NCBI RefSeq assembly: GCF_001457595.1
Contig: NZ_LN831039.1
Span: 6,570,001 to 6,602,000 of the forward strand
Direction: 5' to 3'
Source: Mycolicibacterium smegmatis
GTDB taxonomy: Bacteria; Actinomycetota; Actinomycetes; Mycobacteriales; Mycobacteriaceae
DNA length: 32,000 nucleotides
The number at the start of each line of letters is the position of its first letter. The stretch's first letter is position 1. A program made the translations under genes and the position numbers. The notes below the pieces were generated by a model, which saw only the letters and a list, made by a program, of their open reading frames with translations, did not search any database and had not been told where the DNA came from. This document shows, piece after piece, positions 30,291-32,000 of this stretch.

Positions 30291-32000
30291 GATCCCCCGC
30301 CCCATGGGGTGCTCACGATCTGCATCGCCAGATAAGCGATGTCGGCATACTTGATGTCCGGGCCGTTGTCCGGGTTCCACAACAGCAACAGTTCAGTCAG
30401 ACGAGCCAAATCGTGGCAGGCCAACACATACGGCGAGGCCACCTCGTTGCCGGCTAACCACCCCGGCCGCATGGCAGAGCCGTTCGCCGCCGCGGTCACC
30501 GATTCCGCCTCCAGTGCTCTCCACCGATCGTGTGACACCGGCAACCCGTTGCCCAATAGCTGCAGAATCTCCCGAATCACCGGCGACACCGCAAGATCTC
30601 GAACCGATCCCGCACGCCCCAACGCCATTTCAGCCGCCGACAGCGTTGTGCGCCACGCTTCGGATCGGTCCGGCAGTGGGCCCTCACCGAATCCGGTCAG
30701 CCGAGCGTATTCGGCACGGTTCAAGGTCTCCAACCGGTGGCTGTGTGTGTCGTCGAGCGGTGAGGGCGGCGCACCATCAGAGATCGGCGACAGAGACCGC
30801 GAGCAGTCTTCATAGTGCTCGATCACCGACCGCGCCGGCATCGATGAGCCCCCGAGATCCGTCGAGACCGCCAACGCCCACAACTCGATATCCGAACGGT
30901 GCTCAGAGGCCAACTTCGCATACGCCAGCATCGTCTCGGCCGGATTCGCCCAACTGAACCACCGCGCCCGAAACTCTGGTGGGAGCCCGCCATCGGCGAA
31001 CAACATCCGCGCCGACCGCGGCACAAACACCCCCGCTGGGAGGTAACCGGCACCCTCGCTGTTGACGATCAACGTCTCCACACCCGAGGACGTGCGGAAC
31101 ACACCCACACACCAATCCATGTACGGATACGCCCTGGAATCGTGCAACAGCTGATACAGCAACTGAGAAGCACTCGCCAGCAACGGGTCTGGCAGCGAGG
31201 AGCGGATCGCTTCGCTCGCAGCTCCCGCCGAAGCGCCCACACCGGAGCCCACCACCCCCGGCGGCAACGGCGCCACCGGGCCGGCAGAAGACCCACCACC
31301 ACCAGTCGGTGCGGTCGGCGCCGGCGCAGGACCGGCCGACGGTGTCACCGCGGCAGCCGGTGTCGCAGACCGCGCCACATCAGACCCGAACGGCGGCAGC
31401 GGCCCCATCGGGGCCGCCGGCACACCCGCCGAACCCACAGACCCCACCCCAGGACTTGCCGGCGCCGAAGACGGAACCGCCGGAGCCGACGACGCAGCCG
31501 AACCCGCAGCGACCGTCGACGGCGTCGCCCCCGCCGGAGCCGAAGGCACCCCAGAGGGAACAGCACTACCCGGTGAGCCCGTCGGCTGCGGAGAAACCGG
31601 CGGTGCAAATGTCGCCGGTCCGCCACCAGCGCTCAAACCAGCGCTCAAACCACGAGAAAAGTCCGACGGCGCACCAGCCGATGTCGACAACGGCGACTGC
31701 GGAAGGCCGCCGGCCCCCGGTACACCGCCACTGCTGGGCATGCCCGCACTGCCCAAACCGCCCGGCGAGCTCAACCCCTGAGTCGGCAGCCCGCCCGAAC
31801 CCAAACCGCTTGGCGCCGACGGCATCTTCGGAACACCGCCACTACCAAGGCTGCCTGCCGACCCCAGAGACGAAGCAGACGAACCACCGCCACCACTCAC
31901 GGGCAGTGCTGTTGGTGCTGGAGGGCCATCCTCGCTTGACTGCAAGCCATGACCACGTCTGTCACTTGGTGTGGGTGTGGCCCCTTCACCTTGGCTGGTG
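30287..32000 (-). CDS. Gly/Pro/Ser/Ala-rich protein with conserved C-terminal region, possibly ESX-associated (5' end beyond window)
   Basis: Frame stays open through 32000 (...TSQGEGATPTPSDRRGHGLQSSEDGPPAP...). Low-complexity N-terminal half, then LLYQLLHDSRAYPYMDWCVGVFRTSSGVETLIVNSEGAGYLPAGVFVPRSARMLFADGGLPPEFRARWFSWANPAETMLAYAKLA... Confidence 0.75.
   Translation of the reverse strand, partial: TSQGEGATPTPSDRRGHGLQSSEDGPPAPTALPVSGGGGSSASSLGSAGSLGSGGVPKMPSAPSGLGSGGLPTQGLSSPGGLGSAGMPSSGGVPGAGGLPQSPLSTSAGAPSDFSRGLSAGLSAGGGPATFAPPVSPQPTGSPGSAVPSGVPSAPAGATPSTVAAGSAASSAPAVPSSAPASPGVGSVGSAGVPAAPMGPLPPFGSDVARSATPAAAVTPSAGPAPAPTAPTGGGGSSAGPVAPLPPGVVGSGVGASAGAASEAIRSSLPDPLLASASQLLYQLLHDSRAYPYMDWCVGVFRTSSGVETLIVNSEGAGYLPAGVFVPRSARMLFADGGLPPEFRARWFSWANPAETMLAYAKLASEHRSDIELWALAVSTDLGGSSMPARSVIEHYEDCSRSLSPISDGAPPSPLDDTHSHRLETLNRAEYARLTGFGEGPLPDRSEAWRTTLSAAEMALGRAGSVRDLAVSPVIREILQLLGNGLPVSHDRWRALEAESVTAAANGSAMRPGWLAGNEVASPYVLACHDLARLTELLLLWNPDNGPDIKYADIAYLAMQIVSTPWGGGS

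Noticed and set aside
30700-31945. Plus-strand Thr/Arg/His-rich ORFs and apparent direct repeats
   Set aside because: They arise from the low-complexity Gly/Pro/Ser/Ala codons of the minus-strand gene.
31943-31945. TTG start of the Gly/Pro-rich ORF as listed in the ORF track
   Set aside because: The same frame continues without a stop to base 32000, so the true start is probably upstream, outside the window.

Overview
The window is mycobacterial, high-GC chromosome. From TreS, Mak and GlgX I recognise it as Mycolicibacterium smegmatis or a close relative. From left to right it contains: the 3' end of a pncA-like nicotinamidase gene; glgX; a MarR regulator with a DrrAB-type ABC exporter; two acyl-CoA dehydrogenases; an MFS transporter that appears to carry a C-terminal MarR-like winged helix; the coupled treS-mak pair; small conserved genes; a PPOX/HugZ-like protein; an orotate phosphoribosyltransferase-like protein; a complete four-gene ABC importer; a PPOX-family protein; a block of two paralogous membrane proteins plus orphan COX3-like and COX4-like proteins flanked by TetR regulators; an alpha/beta hydrolase; an EspC-like / WXG toxin-like / 4-TM membrane protein cassette that looks like a type VII secretion toxin-immunity module; an IS3 element inserted inside another IS3 element next to an IS1380-type 5' remnant; and a translationally coupled pair made of a Gly/Pro/Ser/Ala-rich protein (open to the window end) and a small unknown protein. 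The best candidates for something undescribed are the putative T7SS effector-immunity cassette (24552-26890), the MFS-MarR fusion (7164-9164), the orphan oxidase-subunit cluster (20412-22800), and the palindromes upstream of the MarR gene (2453-2673). No searches were run. Family names come from reading the translated sequence.
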